A stretch of DNA of 64,000 nt, taken from the human T2T-CHM13v2.0 reference genome, Homo sapiens. This document shows, in pieces, positions 37,358 through 55,049 of this stretch. A program made the position numbers and the translations under genes. How positions within the stretch are numbered: position 1 is the stretch's first letter; the number at the start of each line of letters is the position of its first letter. The notes under the pieces were generated by a model, which had not been told where the DNA came from, did not search any database, and worked only from the letters and a program-made list of their open reading frames with translations. The stretch lies in the NCBI GenBank assembly GCA_009914755.4, contig CP068257.2:33600001-33664000 (forward strand). Direction: 5' to 3'.

Positions 37358-40300
37358 GGGAGAGAGAGATCCCTCTCTACCCATTAGTATAAAAGTTGGA
37401 TTTCTCAACAGCTTGACAATACTGGAAACGTCTCGTCAGTGGTTACTCCATCATGATAAGTATTATTGTGTGATATTTTTTTTCTTAACAGAATGAAAAC
37501 AGATGTCATTTGATATTAATGCCTAACCCCAAGTCAATGGTAACAATTTAAGAAGATACTTGAAGAAAAGAAATGAAACTGTAAATAGAATTGTTATAAA
37601 GTAAAAACTTCAGGAGTTTATTTCATCTTTTAAGAAAAATCAGTTCCATTTCTTTCTCTCTCTAGAGAGGTAGACAAACACACACAGAAATTCTTTCTCA
37701 CTTGGAAAGGGTAGCGCCATTTAACTACTGTAGTCATGAGATGGTGAGGGTGGTAGCCAGGAATGGCCCTAAGTGATCAGCAGGATCAGGGAGAGAAAAA
37801 AAGCACCCTGTGAGAATGCTGAAGGGTTTGGGAAGTGTTTCTAACATTTCACCAGTCGTTTTTACTTAGCAGCTTTAGATTTTAGATTAAAACAGAGGAG
37901 AGATGAGGAAGGCAGACACCAAGATGGGGAATAACAGGGCAGGAGCAACAGAAACAAACAGACACATTCTCAAAACCCATTTGTTTCTGTTACTGGGGCT
38001 ATTCTCATTCCTTTCTCTTTATACCCCATTGATACCCCGATGTCCTCTTCATTTTCCCCAGTTGTAGAATTTCAGTTGGCCTCTGACGCCATGAGAAGAA
38101 ACGAACTCAGTCCAGGCCAATGCAAACGTTTTCCTACAACTCTCTCCCACTTTCCCAAACCCTCCTCCCCCAGCAGTGTCTTCTAATGGCTTCTGTACTC
38201 TTGATTTAAATCGCCCTAAATCCCATCCTCTCTTCTACTTGATCCTAATGACTAATCTGTTCTGCCAAGAAGAGATGACACTTCTTGTCAGCCCTTGCCT
38301 TCCTGTGGTCAAAATTAATTCGTTCACCCAACATTCATTAAGCACCTACCATGAGGTAGACAGTGGCAGGCAACGCCATCACAATCTCTGCCCTTGAGAA
38401 ACCGCCACAACTACAGTGCTCTATCATTCTATACGAATGCAGACGGCACAATCATTCTCTTTTGAACCTAGAATATATATTTTCAAAGGTTCAGATCTAA
38501 AAAATTGTTTAATGAATTAAAGTACCTAGCAAACTCTCCTGGTCAAAAATAGCCATTTAATTTACCAAACTCTATTTAATGCAAGGATTTTATTCTTGGG
38601 AAAGGAAACTAATTCCTTTTCTATTGTGGCTTTCAGCCTGGTCTGACTATCAGAATTAGGTTTTGGATCTAATCACAAAATTAACTTGATGATAGCAAAC
38701 ACAAATCGTCAAATCAGATTTTTCTACCAAATAAATGCAATGGAAACAAGATCTCTCCTATCTACGGAAACCATGATCTCATGCTAGAATTTTAGGGAAA
38801 TAAAGCTTGAACCCTAATGACTATTCATATCAGGAAATATTATTTCTTGTTTGTTGAAATGTCTACCTGTAAGGAACAAATCTAAGATACTTGCCTTTAA
38901 AAAGTTTAAAAAATAATTTGAAGAAAAAAAAAGGAAAATAGGTCTTGTGTCAGTGTTGAGTTAGTTCAGGTAATTATGTTTCTTTCTCCTAAAATAATCA
39001 TATTTTGTAATTAAAAAACTCACAACAGCCTTTCATCGTATTTTTATACATTCCCTTCTGTGTTATTGAGAAACTTGTATAAGCTCACAAAATATAAGTA
39101 TGCTCTGCTTCTCATGTATTTTTTCCTTTGGATGGTTTTGATTTGTTTTTATTGTTGCTCCATTGAGTAACTTTATAACACCATAACATTTTGTAGAAAA
39201 GGATTCCTAGATGAATGAAACCTTTCTGAAATCCTAAAAATCTTACCTTTGCCAAGCTAGCCTTACTGGCATGAAGCCTGCTCCACTTCCTGGTTCTGAC
39301 CAATAATTTTCTATGCGAACGTCATCATCAAAGCTTGCAGGACAACTTGTGTGGAGCATTTCCAGATACCCGTCCTCCCCTCTGTTATTTCAGTCAACAG
39401 CTGCTCAGCCTGTTCTTCCCATCACCGTTCATGATTGCGTTAGACAAAAATCCACCTTTAAATAAACTGTGAAAACTGAGAACGGCAAAGCAACCAGTGG
39501 CAACTAAGAGGCACTCTGCTGTTATCAACCTCAGCTCACAGTCTTGGGCGCATGCCCAGCAGGACTAAATTCTCTATACAGCAAGGGAGAGTTTCAGCTG
39601 ACCTGCTGTGAATGCCCCAAGTGAGTCACTGCCGTTAACTCCATCAGTGCCACTTGCTGTCTACTTGGACATTTCTGAACAGCTGCTTGGCTCTAATGTC
39701 GACCTCTAACTGGAAATATGGCCTCGTCTGACTCAGTTTCAGAAGAGAAAAAGGGGGAGGCAGAAGGGAGGAGAGAAAACACACATGCCCACTCTCAATC
39801 CAGATTGACAACTTTGTTTTTTTCTCATTGATTGTGGTAGAAATAATTGTTGATGAGGTGGAAATACTAAACCCAGTTTGTCATAGTTTCTCTATTTTGT
39901 CTCTTAATATATTCCTCATGAAGTTGGATTGGGATCTTCTACTGAAATTATACGCTGCTGTGGAAATTCACAGTCCTTAAGAGCTCACCCCATTTCCATA
40001 TTTTGTTTTTAACATATCCACTGAATTTTCCAAACACAAAAGTGAATATTTCTTTTATTCTAAAAATGTTGTTCATAATATTGAGAATCCATTTAGAATC
40101 AATCAACATTTTTGGAGTACTTGTTAGAACAGACTTCTGGGGTAGACATTAAAAAGGATTCTGAGAAATATCAGACATGCTTCCTGGATTCAAGAATTTA
40201 TAATAAAATGAAGAGAAAAGGCCTTGTTCAAACAGATGGCCCAGGAACAAGATGAGACAGTGTGCACAGAAGTGTCACATGCCTGCTACAGCTACTAGAA

Positions 40301-43119
40301 TCTGTGAGAGCTCAGAGAAAGGCTCTGGGCTGGTGGCTTTAAATCCAGAATGATGGTAACTGATACTAACAACTGAAGTGAAATTGACTTCATAAACATG
40401 GACGATGTGTCATAGCTGGGCATGCAGCCCAAGTGTCTAAGTTGAAGACTGAAAAATGCTCACATGGCCTCAGTATTTCATTTCAGCAAAAATCCGTGAT
40501 TTATATGTGTATTGTTGTATGCACAGGCACATGTACACATGTTTTTAAACTCTTATATTGCCAGAGACACTGAGGAATTGATCATGTACTTATTCTCCTG
40601 GGATCATTTACTATTGTGTGGACAGTGAACAAGCACCAAGCCGGGTTTCTGGAGTTTAACCCAAAGAAAGACAAATAGATGAAATAGCATAAGGCTTCTT
40701 CCATTTTGAAGGTATCTTCTACCTGCTGTTTTTATTTCTTGAAAGGAGATTTCAGAGGAGAATAAAGATAGGTTAATTCTTAGTTTTATGATGATAATAA
40801 TATAACTATAGATTTTCTAACAGCATTTCAGCATTTGTAAAGATTTTTCTTGAACAGTAAACAGAGGAATGTTATTCCATGATCATTGGTGCTTTGAGTT
40901 AATTTAGCTCTCTGCATTATTTACTCCACTTGACTGCAGTTTGAAGTTGAAGAGAGCATGGTCTCCGGTGCTTGGATAATGCTTCCTATGGAATATGTGA
41001 GTAGACTTAGTTACTCTTAAAGTCATCAAATGAGATTGGACCACAAATATAATACAAAAAATAATCTCAAGGTTTTAATCCTGAAAAGCTTGCAAATATT
41101 AGAAAACAATGGATCCAAAGGAAATGCCTTGATTTGGGGCCCTAAAACTAACTAGTAGTTTTCAGCATAATTTTCCAATTCATATCTAAGGCTGCTTGAA
41201 TAATTAATAAACTATCATCGGTTTTCCCAAGTCACCAAAATCACACTTAGTTGTGAGTGCGATGTAACCAGATTTTGGTATAATCAAGTCTGCCTTAGAC
41301 CTTATCTACAGGCTTGATGGAACAAAAGGGTTTTTCTCCAAATGGAGAGACAAGTCAGAAAGGGAATCCTCTCTGAAGGGAAGTAAGAATTGCGTGGGGA
41401 ATACATACCATGGTCGAAATTACAAGTTGATTCATGAGCAGTCTTGCTTTAATACCATGGTGCGGTGATGAACGCAGAAACAGGCAGTGAAACAAAAATG
41501 ATAAATAAGGTAAACAGATTCTATGGGAAAATGAATGACGACGATAATTCATTCTATGGAGGTGAGAGGATGCTGAGAGGAATTCCCAAAGAAAACAGTT
41601 GAGCTGGTTCTGAGTATGCCTTTAGCAGGCTGCCTTGGGCAAAAAGTGAGAGGGAATTTCAACCAGTAAGTGCAATATTTATTCAAGAAGTATTTATTGA
41701 AATGTCTATTATGTGCCAGGTAGTATTCTGAATAATGGGGATATCATTTTGAATACTCGGGATATCATTTTGAAAAAAACCAAGTTCCTAATTCATGATG
41801 CCTATATCCCCACAGGGAAGGCACAGAGTAAAATCAAATTAATGAATGAAAAAGTAAGTAAATAGATAAATGAAAAATAAATGAAATATACTTCTGTATT
41901 ATGATGTCAAATAGAGACAAGAGCTAAAAAGAAAAATAATGTAAGGCAAGATGAGTTTATTTCCAATTATGTGGAAGTGTAAAAATGCAGGTGACTTTCA
42001 TGAATCAGCAAGATCTGATTGTCCTTACAGCACAATATGCTTACTGGGAGTGAGGGTGAGAAAGGGGTGAGAAAAATGACAAAAAAGGAGGCAGAATATT
42101 TGGGTTTCAAGTCCCATATGATCTTTTAAGCCCTGTTAAGAAGTTTGGGTTTTCTTCTGAAGATAAGTCAGGAGCCATGGAAAGATTCTTAGGTAGGGGA
42201 TATGGTATGGTCTGTTTTTATGTAGATCACTTCCATGGCAGTAGAGAGAACAAATTTTGGGTGATCAACTTGGGAGGTAGGGGCCTCAGTTAGGAAGCTG
42301 GTTGCTTGTGGCCTATCAGTTGAGTTGAAAGGATTATTACACACAGGCTGGCCTGTATCTGGTAATCTGAGCTTTAACTAGGAGGAATCCTAGCCCAGGT
42401 GGGTCGCTGTAAATGGTTAACCCAGTTGTAATTGATGTGCCTACTGGCCCTGAATTGAGGGGTTGCTCCTATCTCCCCACCCGACTTGCCTGGAATTTCT
42501 GCTTCTGATAATACCAGAATAGCTCCTGTCAGACAAACTGTATCACAGGTAACAACTGTGAACTCTGTACAAATTATTCAAAACCAATGACTGAATACTC
42601 TGGAGAGAGACCAAAGGCAGGCAAAGACAGAGAGGCAATCAATGCTCAGGAGAAGAACATAACAATGATAAGTTTTCTGCTTTTTACAGGCTTTAGCCAG
42701 AGAGCAGGTCCAAGTTAGGGCTACACTAGGAAATGAAAACTTGGATCACAAGCAACAGTCTTACAAGCTTGAAGAACCAGAAAAACAATTTCAGGAGACC
42801 AAACCAGACAGAAGATAGCCAGAGAATGATATCCAAAATTTCATGTATAAATTCTGCCCAAATCTCTGATGTACCTTGAACTGTGCATGCACAGGGTAGA
42901 CTCTAAGCAGTGATGCCTAGGCTAAAAGAACAGAACGCAGATTTCAGCTGCTGCCCACCACAAGAATGAAAAATTTTGGATTTCAGTTCTAATCAAGTTA
43001 ACTGTCTGCTTAAAACAAAATAATCAACACCCTTTGTGATTTGGTTGAATTTTCTGAATTCAGGGTCTCCAAAATGTATTACTCGCCATGTCCAGGATTA
43101 CTAGATATACAAAGCAAGT

Positions 43120-43635
43120 TTACTAGATATACGAAGAATAAAGAAAATATAACACAAAACCAAGAGAAAAGACTTAATAAAATCCGATCCTGAAATAACC
43201 CAGATATTAGCAGACAAGGATTTTAAAGCAGATATTTTAAACATGATCTAAAATAAGAGAAATATGTATTTCATAAATAAAAATGCTAAGTCTCAGTAAA
43301 AAAATAGAAACCATAAATAATAACCAAATGAGAACCTAGAACTGAAAAATACAACGCCTGAAATAAGAAATTAACTGGATGGGCTTAATAACTAGGAGAT
43401 GACACAAGAAAAAGTCAGTGAAGTAGAAAATAGATCAATACAGTCATAAAATCTTAAAAACAGAAAGAAAAAACAGATTGGCTTGTGAAAAGATTTCAAA
43501 AGGAAAACAGGGAAAATTTTTTTGAAGTAGCAATGCCTAAAATTCTCCACATTTGGTGAAAAACATAAAGGTTGGAAAATTCAATCAAAGAAAACCATAC
43601 TAAGAGCCATTATGATTATTGAAAGTAAACCAGAT
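43120..43635 (+). mobile_element. Old L1 (L1M/L1PB-like) ORF1-region fragment, 5' part, interrupted by an Alu
   Basis: …aaatagaaaccataaataataaccaaatgagaacctagaactgaaaaatacaa…cctaaaattctccacatttggtgaaaaacataaag… matches the L1 ORF1 region (aaatagaaactctagaattgaaaaatacaa…aacttcccaaatttgatgaaa). Confidence 0.65.
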
Positions 43636-43926
43636 GGCTGGGTGTGGTGGTCCACACCTGTAATCCCAGCACTGTGGAAGACTGAGGCAGGCAGATTGCT
43701 TGAGCCTAGGAGTTCAAGGCCAGCCTGGGCAACATGGCAAAGCCATGTCTCTAAAAAAATTAGCCAAGTGTGGTGGCGCATGCCTGTAGTCCCAGCTACT
43801 CAAGAGGCTGTGGCAGGAGGACCACTTGAGTCTGGGAGGTTGAGGCTGCAGTGACCATGATTGTGGTATCACATTCCAGCCTGGGTGACAGAGTGAGACC
43901 CTGTCTCAAAAAAGAAAGACAGAAAA
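43636..43926 (+). mobile_element. Alu nested in the old L1; probable TSD AAACCAGA
   Basis: ggctgggtgtggtggtccacacctgtaatcccagcactgtggaag…ccagcctgggtgacagagtgagaccctgtctcaaaaaagaaagacagaaaaccagaaaac. aaaccaga occurs on both flanks. Confidence 0.95.
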
Positions 43927-44600
43927 CCAGAAAACAAAAAATTCTTAAAGCAGCCAGAAACAATGTAACACATCATATAATAGGTATAGAATAAAAACAA
44001 TACAAACAATTGCTAACTTCTTATCAGTAACTATGAAAGCTAGACTACAGTGGATCAATGTCATTAATGTGATAAAAGAAAGCAAAACTTTCAAGTTATC
44101 CTTTTATATCCAGTGAAAATAACCTTCAAGAAAGATGGAAATAATCTTCAAGGTAAAATAAAGAAATTTGCAAATAAATACAAACTAAGATAATTTATTG
44201 GCAGTATGTCCACACTGCAATATACACTAAAGGAAGTTTTTCAGACTGATAGGAATTTGTACTAGATGCAAATGGAATCTTCAAAATAAATTCAACTCAT
44301 TTACACCAGAAATGGTAAATATGTGGGCAAAAGACTGCTTAAATTAAAAAAAAACTTTGTATTATGATTTATGAAGCATGTAGATAATGACACATATGAC
44401 AACTAGAGCAGAAAGGATGACGGAATCAGTAAACAGATTTAATTAATTACGACATTTGTATATCATACATGAAGTGGCACACTATTAATTCTAAGTAGAC
44501 TGTGAAAATGTAAGAATGTTTATAGTAGTCCTTAGAGCAATAACTAAAATTATAATGCAAAGAAGTATAGCTAAAAAGCCTTTAAATAAAATCAGTTTTA
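43927..44600 (+). mobile_element. Old L1 fragment continued (ORF1 3' end and inter-ORF region)
   Basis: …cttaaagcagccagaaacaatgtaacacat…caccagaaatggtaaatatgtgggcaaaagactg…catgaagtggcacactattaattctaagtagactgtgaaaatgtaagaatgtttatagtagtccttagagcaataactaaaattataatgcaaagaag… is collinear with the L1 ORF1-end and spacer consensus. Confidence 0.7.
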
Positions 44601-46858
44601 AAAATCTATACAGTTAGCCCCAAATAAAGCAGGACTAAAGCTCCACCTTCCTAGTCTCTATATATTCCCTGATGATTTTATTTACTACCCTTGATTCAAC
44701 CACCACCTGTAAGATGACCTTTTTATAGGTCACATTGACAGAGACGTCCAACAGGAATTTTATGACTCATAAGCCCCCAAATCTATCTATAACCCACATC
44801 TCTCTCCTAAGATCCAGATAATATACCTAACACAGAGGTAAAAATGGGAGGCCCATGGCTAGATATGGCCTTTTAAACAAAATTAGGGTTTTTAGAAAAT
44901 CAGATATTTTTTATATTGAAATGTATTTTTCCAAAATCTCTTGGAAAAAAAGTGAAGATCTGAAATACAAATCCTGAATTCCTGCAACAGCACCATTCGT
45001 TGAAGCTAAGTATGACCCTACTCTTTAGTCTGAGAACTTACTGATCCTATAATCTCTATCACTCCTTATGTATGACATCTGTTCACTTTACTCAGTGATG
45101 AGTGCTGATAACAACTTAAGTGAATGAATTCTATGATTACATCTCCTGTTATGAACACTACACAACTTGTAATGTAATCTGTGTATGCATTAGCTTTTTA
45201 TCAACCCAGTCATGCTGACCTGAACTGAGTTTGAAGTCAACAAGATCCCTTTTCATAAGGGAAGTTCAATTTATATAGGTCTTTCCATTTTATAGCTGGA
45301 TGATTTTCTGAATCTCAATGCAGACTTACCTAGTTATCCCTAGTAGATTTCATTTCACTGTTTTCAGCTCTTCATCATGGACAACTGAGATATTTTGGAA
45401 TCCCCATTCAGTCACTTACCGCAGTGTCTTTCCTTCTTGATTCTATGTCATTCAGACATCTGACATTATGCATTCTACATTTTCCAATTTAAATGGAACC
45501 AGTCTTTGGTGACAGAGAAGGTGATGCCTAATCAGTATTATCTTAAAATAATTCAGCCTAGGAATAAGTCCTCTCAGATGACATTCTGTCTTCACCTGAA
45601 GCCAGATCAGTGTTCAGAGAACATGACTTTATGATTGATATTTCTATTAATGCCTTCTTGTTGACCCTAGTACTTCTGTCTTTTGACAAATTTTCTAATG
45701 TCGGGAACATGAAGAACATGAATTGATAGTGTCACGAAAAGAATAATAGGCAGAACATGAGGGAAAGGTTTGAGATATGGGTTGGGCTCTGGTTAGTGTT
45801 CAGAATTGGGCGGCCTGCATCGGACTGTCTGATCCAAAGTTTCATTGATTCTTGCCCCTGGGAATGTGAGAATCTGGGAACAGTTTGCAAATGTTTTCAT
45901 ACCCCTCCCATCTTCTTCATCATAAAGGAGCTCATTCATTTAGCTTTCCCTTCTTTTTACTGGCACCTTTTGAAAGAAAGGCAAGAATTAATGTGCATTT
46001 GGGAAACAAAAGTTGCCACGTACATATTTAGATTGTTAAACTATATTCAGAAAAATGAATACTTTTGGCATATATGCGTAAAGATCTTGGATCTATGCCC
46101 TTTTACAATGGGTAGTTACTTGCTTCTCAGCTACACCTCTGATTCTGGAATGAGGAAGAAAGTCTTCATAGTTTAAGAAAGTCTTCATAGTTTAAGAGCC
46201 AAGGACAGCAGAAAACATGGACTGAATGCCTTGAATCAGGGAATATCTCATGCAGTAGTGTGAAAAGCCAGGCATCTTTTGCCTTCAGTTGGTCCAAGAA
46301 GCTCTGAGAGTTAATGTATAGCTTCCCTGAGTTAGGGGTGGTTTCTCTGGCCTATATAGAAGATTTTTAAATGGGCTGCTATTGCTCCTTCCTTCTTTAC
46401 ATTCTTAACTTGGGCTGTTGACATTAACATGTTGTAAGAGAAATCAACAGAAGCCAGTTTAGAGGTTTTAGAAATTATGTCTTTGATGTCTAAGAAAAGC
46501 ATCTCAAACTATTTAAAATATTATATTGTGTTTTTTTATTGAGATATAAAATCTACCACAGAAATAAGCCACTGAACCCACAAAAGGTGCGTCAATTTCT
46601 GTAGAGATGTTTTAGGAAGAATATGATCAAATGTAAGACATGACAATAAAACAGCGTGTGCACAACACTTCTCATCTTCAAAGTATTTTACAAGCATTGC
46701 CTTGTTAATGCTCATGGCTCATCACTGAGATGGCAGGTGTGTGCTATTTATCCCATTCCATAGGTGACAAACCCAAGAAAGGTGAATGGGTCACCTGATG
46801 GAGTGGTATCAGATACTGCTGATACCATGGGCATTGGGGTTGACACAGCATTGAGTGT

Positions 46859-46954
46859 CCAGATGTCCCTTCTGTGACCAGGAAGATTGTCCAGATGTCC
46901 TCATTGTGACCAGGAAGATTGTCCAGATGTCCTTATTGTGACCAGGGAGAGACT
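46859..46954. repeat. Tandem repeat, 3 × 32 bp (ccagatgtccYtYWtgtgaccaggaagattgt)
   Basis: ccagatgtcccttctgtgaccaggaagattgt, ccagatgtcctcattgtgaccaggaagattgt, ccagatgtccttattgtgaccagggagagactgt. Confidence 0.85.
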
Positions 46955-47656
46955 GTCCTGCTTTTTGAAAGCACCCAGTGCCCTAGCTTCCCTCTTCAGC
47001 CTTCTTCTTCCACTGTTCATTTCTACTTGGGCTTGGAAATCCCACTCATTCCCAGAGCTCAACTATTCTCCATGTGTTGGTACTCCAACATTTAACTTGC
47101 TCTAGATCTCAAGTGCAAGAGCTATATTTCCACCTCTTGATTGTGTTACTTCCTCCGTTCTGTCAGCCTTCCCCAAAAGTCATTTTCTCCACAATTTAAC
47201 TCATTGTTTCTCGCAGATCTTGGGATCTATACCTCTGCTAAAGGTACCATCAAATTCCTTGATTCAAAATCTGAGGTTATTTGCAGAATTTCTCTCTTCC
47301 TCTTCTCTCACAGGGATATTGTCTTTGCTCTGGCCATGACCAAGAGTGTGATTTCAGGAAAGTTTCTTAACCTTCCTGAGCTTCTGTTTTCTCTTCAGTT
47401 TAATAACAACAATAACATGAGGTTACTGTGAGAATTAAAGCACAGAAGAACATCTAGCACATACTACTCAACAGGTGGTAACTAATTACCGCTCAAGTAT
47501 CCCACCCTCAATTTTCCTTTTCTTCACTCCAGCCAGTAGCCTGGTTCAGATCATCTTTCCTTCTATAACAGACAATTTTTAATCACTTGTTGTTATGGAC
47601 TGACTGCTGTGTCCCCATAAAATTCCTATGTTGGAGCTCTCTAACTCTCAATGTGA

Positions 47657-47983
<327 letters not shown>

Positions 47984-48436
47984 TTGGGATGAGGTTTTTA
48001 AGGAAGTAATTAAGGTTAAAGGAGGTCATAAGGATGAGCAATAATCCAATAGCGTCATTACAAGAAAAGGAAGAGATGCCAGAGATGATCTCTCTCTGCA
48101 TGCATGCACTGAGGAAAAGCCAAGTGAGCACCAATGAGAAGGCAGCCGTCTGATAACCAGGAAGAGAGCCCCCACCAGATCCTGCCCATGCTGCCACCCT
48201 GATCTTGGATTTCCAGCCTCCAAAATTGTGAGAAACAAATGTCTGCTGTTTAAGCCACTTTGTCAGTGGTATACTGTTATGGCAGCCTGAGAAGACTAAG
48301 ACACTTCTAAATAGGTGTCTCTTCCTTTATAATTGCCTCTTCAACAGCACTGTAGTCAGCTATGCAGTGTCCATTCCTCCATTCTTCCTAACTGAAACAA
48401 CTTTTGCAGTAGCAAATGTCTCATTAAAAATAAACA

Positions 48437-48817
<381 letters not shown>

Positions 48818-50032
48818 TTAAAACTATTGCTTTTCTCATAACAAGTGTGATATTCCATTAACATACGAGTTTGAACTTTGCCCTTCCCCCTTCTTGCCTG
48901 AAACTCTGATGCGCTGTTGGGAGGTAGAGCAGCCCTCTCGAAACCTGAGGACTGAAGCATCCACTAAGTGAACAAGGTGGACTCAAGTCCTTGATATTTT
49001 CTCTGACTGTTGTGCCCATCCTAGAATGCCAACCTTGACTTCTTGTTTCATTTGAAAAATAAACTATTTGGCTTTAGTGGTGTTCTGTTGGATGCAGATA
49101 TTACAATCTTAACTGGGAGAGCTTCCAAACTGTTCTCCATGTTACCACCAGAAAAAAAAAAAAAAAAGGCAAGTGACATCTCCATTAGGTCATGCTCCTA
49201 CCCAAACGCTTCCACTGGCATCTCATTGTATATGAAATAAAGTCCAAACCCTGAAGACAACATGAGAATTACTTGCCATCAGCCTCTCTCCTTTCCTGCC
49301 TTGCCTCCTCCACCCCAGCTTCCATTCTCTGCTATACCATCTTTGAAAAACCACCTGTTCACCCCAGACACACCCAGCACCTCCTCACCTTCTTGCCTTT
49401 GCTCTCTGCCTATAAAGCCTCCCTACATCCATCTGCCAAGACATGACTTGTTTTGCAAGTGCCAGCTCAAATGTAGCCTTCCCCTGAGGCAGCAGTGTTT
49501 CTTCTTATAAGGAATCTCTTGCATCTTGGGGCTTCCATGGTACTTTGCTTCCAGCAAAATCCCAGACTCTTTCACATTCTGCTGAGAGTTAGTATGAATG
49601 ACATTGCCGACTGTTGAGGCAGCGTGGTTGTGAGTCAGAGTTCAGGAGCCTCCATGCCCAGCCTGGATCACCCCTAACAGCATGAGGGGCTTAGTACTAA
49701 TTCCTCGAAGGCTCTTTCTCTCTTTTTAGAAACTCTGTAAATTGGGGTAATGATGGTACCTACTGCCTAACAAGCATTGTTGCAATAATTAAAAGAAAAT
49801 ATGCGTGTAAAGTGCTTACAAAGTGACTGCTACATAGCAACTTAATTTTTTTTATCTTCTTTCCTATCTAGATAAGAATTTTTTTGGTAGCAGTTACTGC
49901 CTTATCTGTCTCTCTATAGCCGCTCAGGCTGTAGCATGATGCTGAGTATATGGGAGCCACACAATAACTATTTACTGGGTTAAACCAGTCAATATTTTAA
50001 AATTCCCATTCAAATTCTGTTTTGCACAATGA

Positions 50033-50469
<437 letters not shown>

Positions 50470-52519
50470 TTAATTTATTTATTTTTTTTGTTAACCCATG
50501 CATTATTTTGTTTGTTTCTTAAAGCAAATCTTTGCAATAGGTACCTAAAGAAGTAAACCACTGTATAGTCAATAGAGATTTCAGGTGCTGAGAGATGGAC
50601 TTGTCCTAAGGGGGTTAGAGGCAACAGGGGTTTATGCCCCATGGTAAGGATTCCCTGTCTACTGTTCTTTTCATTAAACAAAGTCCCATGGCAAGAATAA
50701 CCCCTCCAAGCCTACAAGCCCCAGGAGATATTCCCAACAATGAAAACATGCTCAAGGCATTTTGGGTGATGAGGTACAATCAGGAAATTGACAATGCTGG
50801 GTCAATGCAGTGAGTCTTAGCTATGGGATCAGATGGACTTGGGTTCGATTCGCCCAGGGGTTGGTACACTGCCTCTGTGCACCGATATGTGAAATGGGGA
50901 TCTTGATAATCATGTGATAGATTGTCTTAAAGGTCAAAGTAAGCAATATATGTGATGTACATCACATTGCATTGTGGATGCTTGGTAAATTTTATTTCCC
51001 CACCCCTTCACAAGCTTGATAATTAGCACACGTTCATCCAAAAGAAAGAGACAGAGATTTCTTATAAAAAATTGAGTCACATTATTATGGAGGCTGGTAA
51101 GTCCAAAATCTGCAAAATGGGCCCATTGGAGATTCAAGAAAACCGATTGCACAGAGGAAGCCTGAAGGTCATCTACAGGAAAATTCCCTGTTGCTCAGGG
51201 AGGCTGGTCTGTTTCTTTTATTCAGACCTTCAACTGATTGGATGAGGCCCACCAAATTACAGAGGGCAATTTGCCTCACTTAAAGTTCAGCAATGTAAAT
51301 GTTAATCTCATCCCAAGACACCTTCCATGTTGACACATAAAATTAACACAAATACTATCCTAAAAATGCTTGGTGCTTAATGAGGCCAAGAAAATAATTT
51401 CAATTTTTTTAGTAAGTTGCTATTACTTGTAACCAATTACTTCTTCAGAATATACATCAGGTGATGCCTTTCTGTAGATGGATTAGAACCAAAATTGTTG
51501 TTCACATTACTACTGTGGGTTCTGATAAGGAATAAGCATCATGTTACAAAATTTGAGATATTTGTGACTATCTGTAGAGGGTTCTAGGGAAACCATGAGC
51601 CTGCTTGATGCCTTTGTGCAAATTCTTTTTTTTGGCAAATGCTGGCAAGGGCAGTACAGGCTGGATTTTTTCCTTCAGCCATGGTACATGGACAGCTGGT
51701 GACCTCAGACCATTTTGTATGGCTTGTGTATTCCACCACACCATGTATATGAACTGTGGCCTTAGAATACCTTTTAGTCTGAATCAGGTCATGTTCTAGT
51801 CAAGTTGCAACTTAGTGATGCATCATTTATGTCAAAAAAATATGTCAGCTGTACTGATTCACAAGCCGAGCATAATAAATGAGCATAATAAACGAATGTA
51901 AGTAAAATGGAACCTATCCCTGACGTTGGGCAGGTCTTTGCCCTGTTTTTCAATGCATCCTGCCACCTTTCTCAGGAACCCAGTGTACCGTCTTCACCAA
52001 AACACCAGGACATCTCATTATTCCTTGTGTCAAAGCAAAATCTCTTACAGGAAATTTAAGTAAATTCATCATTTTATTCTCTTATGAGTGAAAGGAAACA
52101 AAATGCTTTTTTTCCACATCATGACTACACTGTAAGTTTTAAGATGTGAAGTAAACAGCAATTTGTGCTTGAGCCTAGATGTAGAACATTTTCTCCATTG
52201 GACATCCTTCAGCCTCTTGACCTTTGAAATAAATATCAGAGACAGAACTTCCCCACCCTCTCACAACCATGGTCAGGGTGTGCATGTGAGGAAAGGGGAG
52301 AGTTCTAGCAGCAAGAGCCAAACCAGTCCTGGAGATCACACGGTCAGCCCTCACTGTACCCATGCAAACCACCACCAGTAGAAATAATACAACCATACCT
52401 ACCTCTCACCTGTACAGCACTTCAATTTTCAATAAGCTTAACTCACACTGTCTTCCATAAAGTTCTTGAACACTTATACACCTATACAATCAAACAAAGC
52501 AAAACATACCCAAGCATGA

Positions 52520-55049
<2,530 letters not shown>

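Noticed and set aside
46859-46954. Regularly spaced 32-bp repeats considered as a CRISPR-like array
   Set aside because: There are only three directly abutting units with no unique spacers between them, and the host is eukaryotic. This is a minisatellite.
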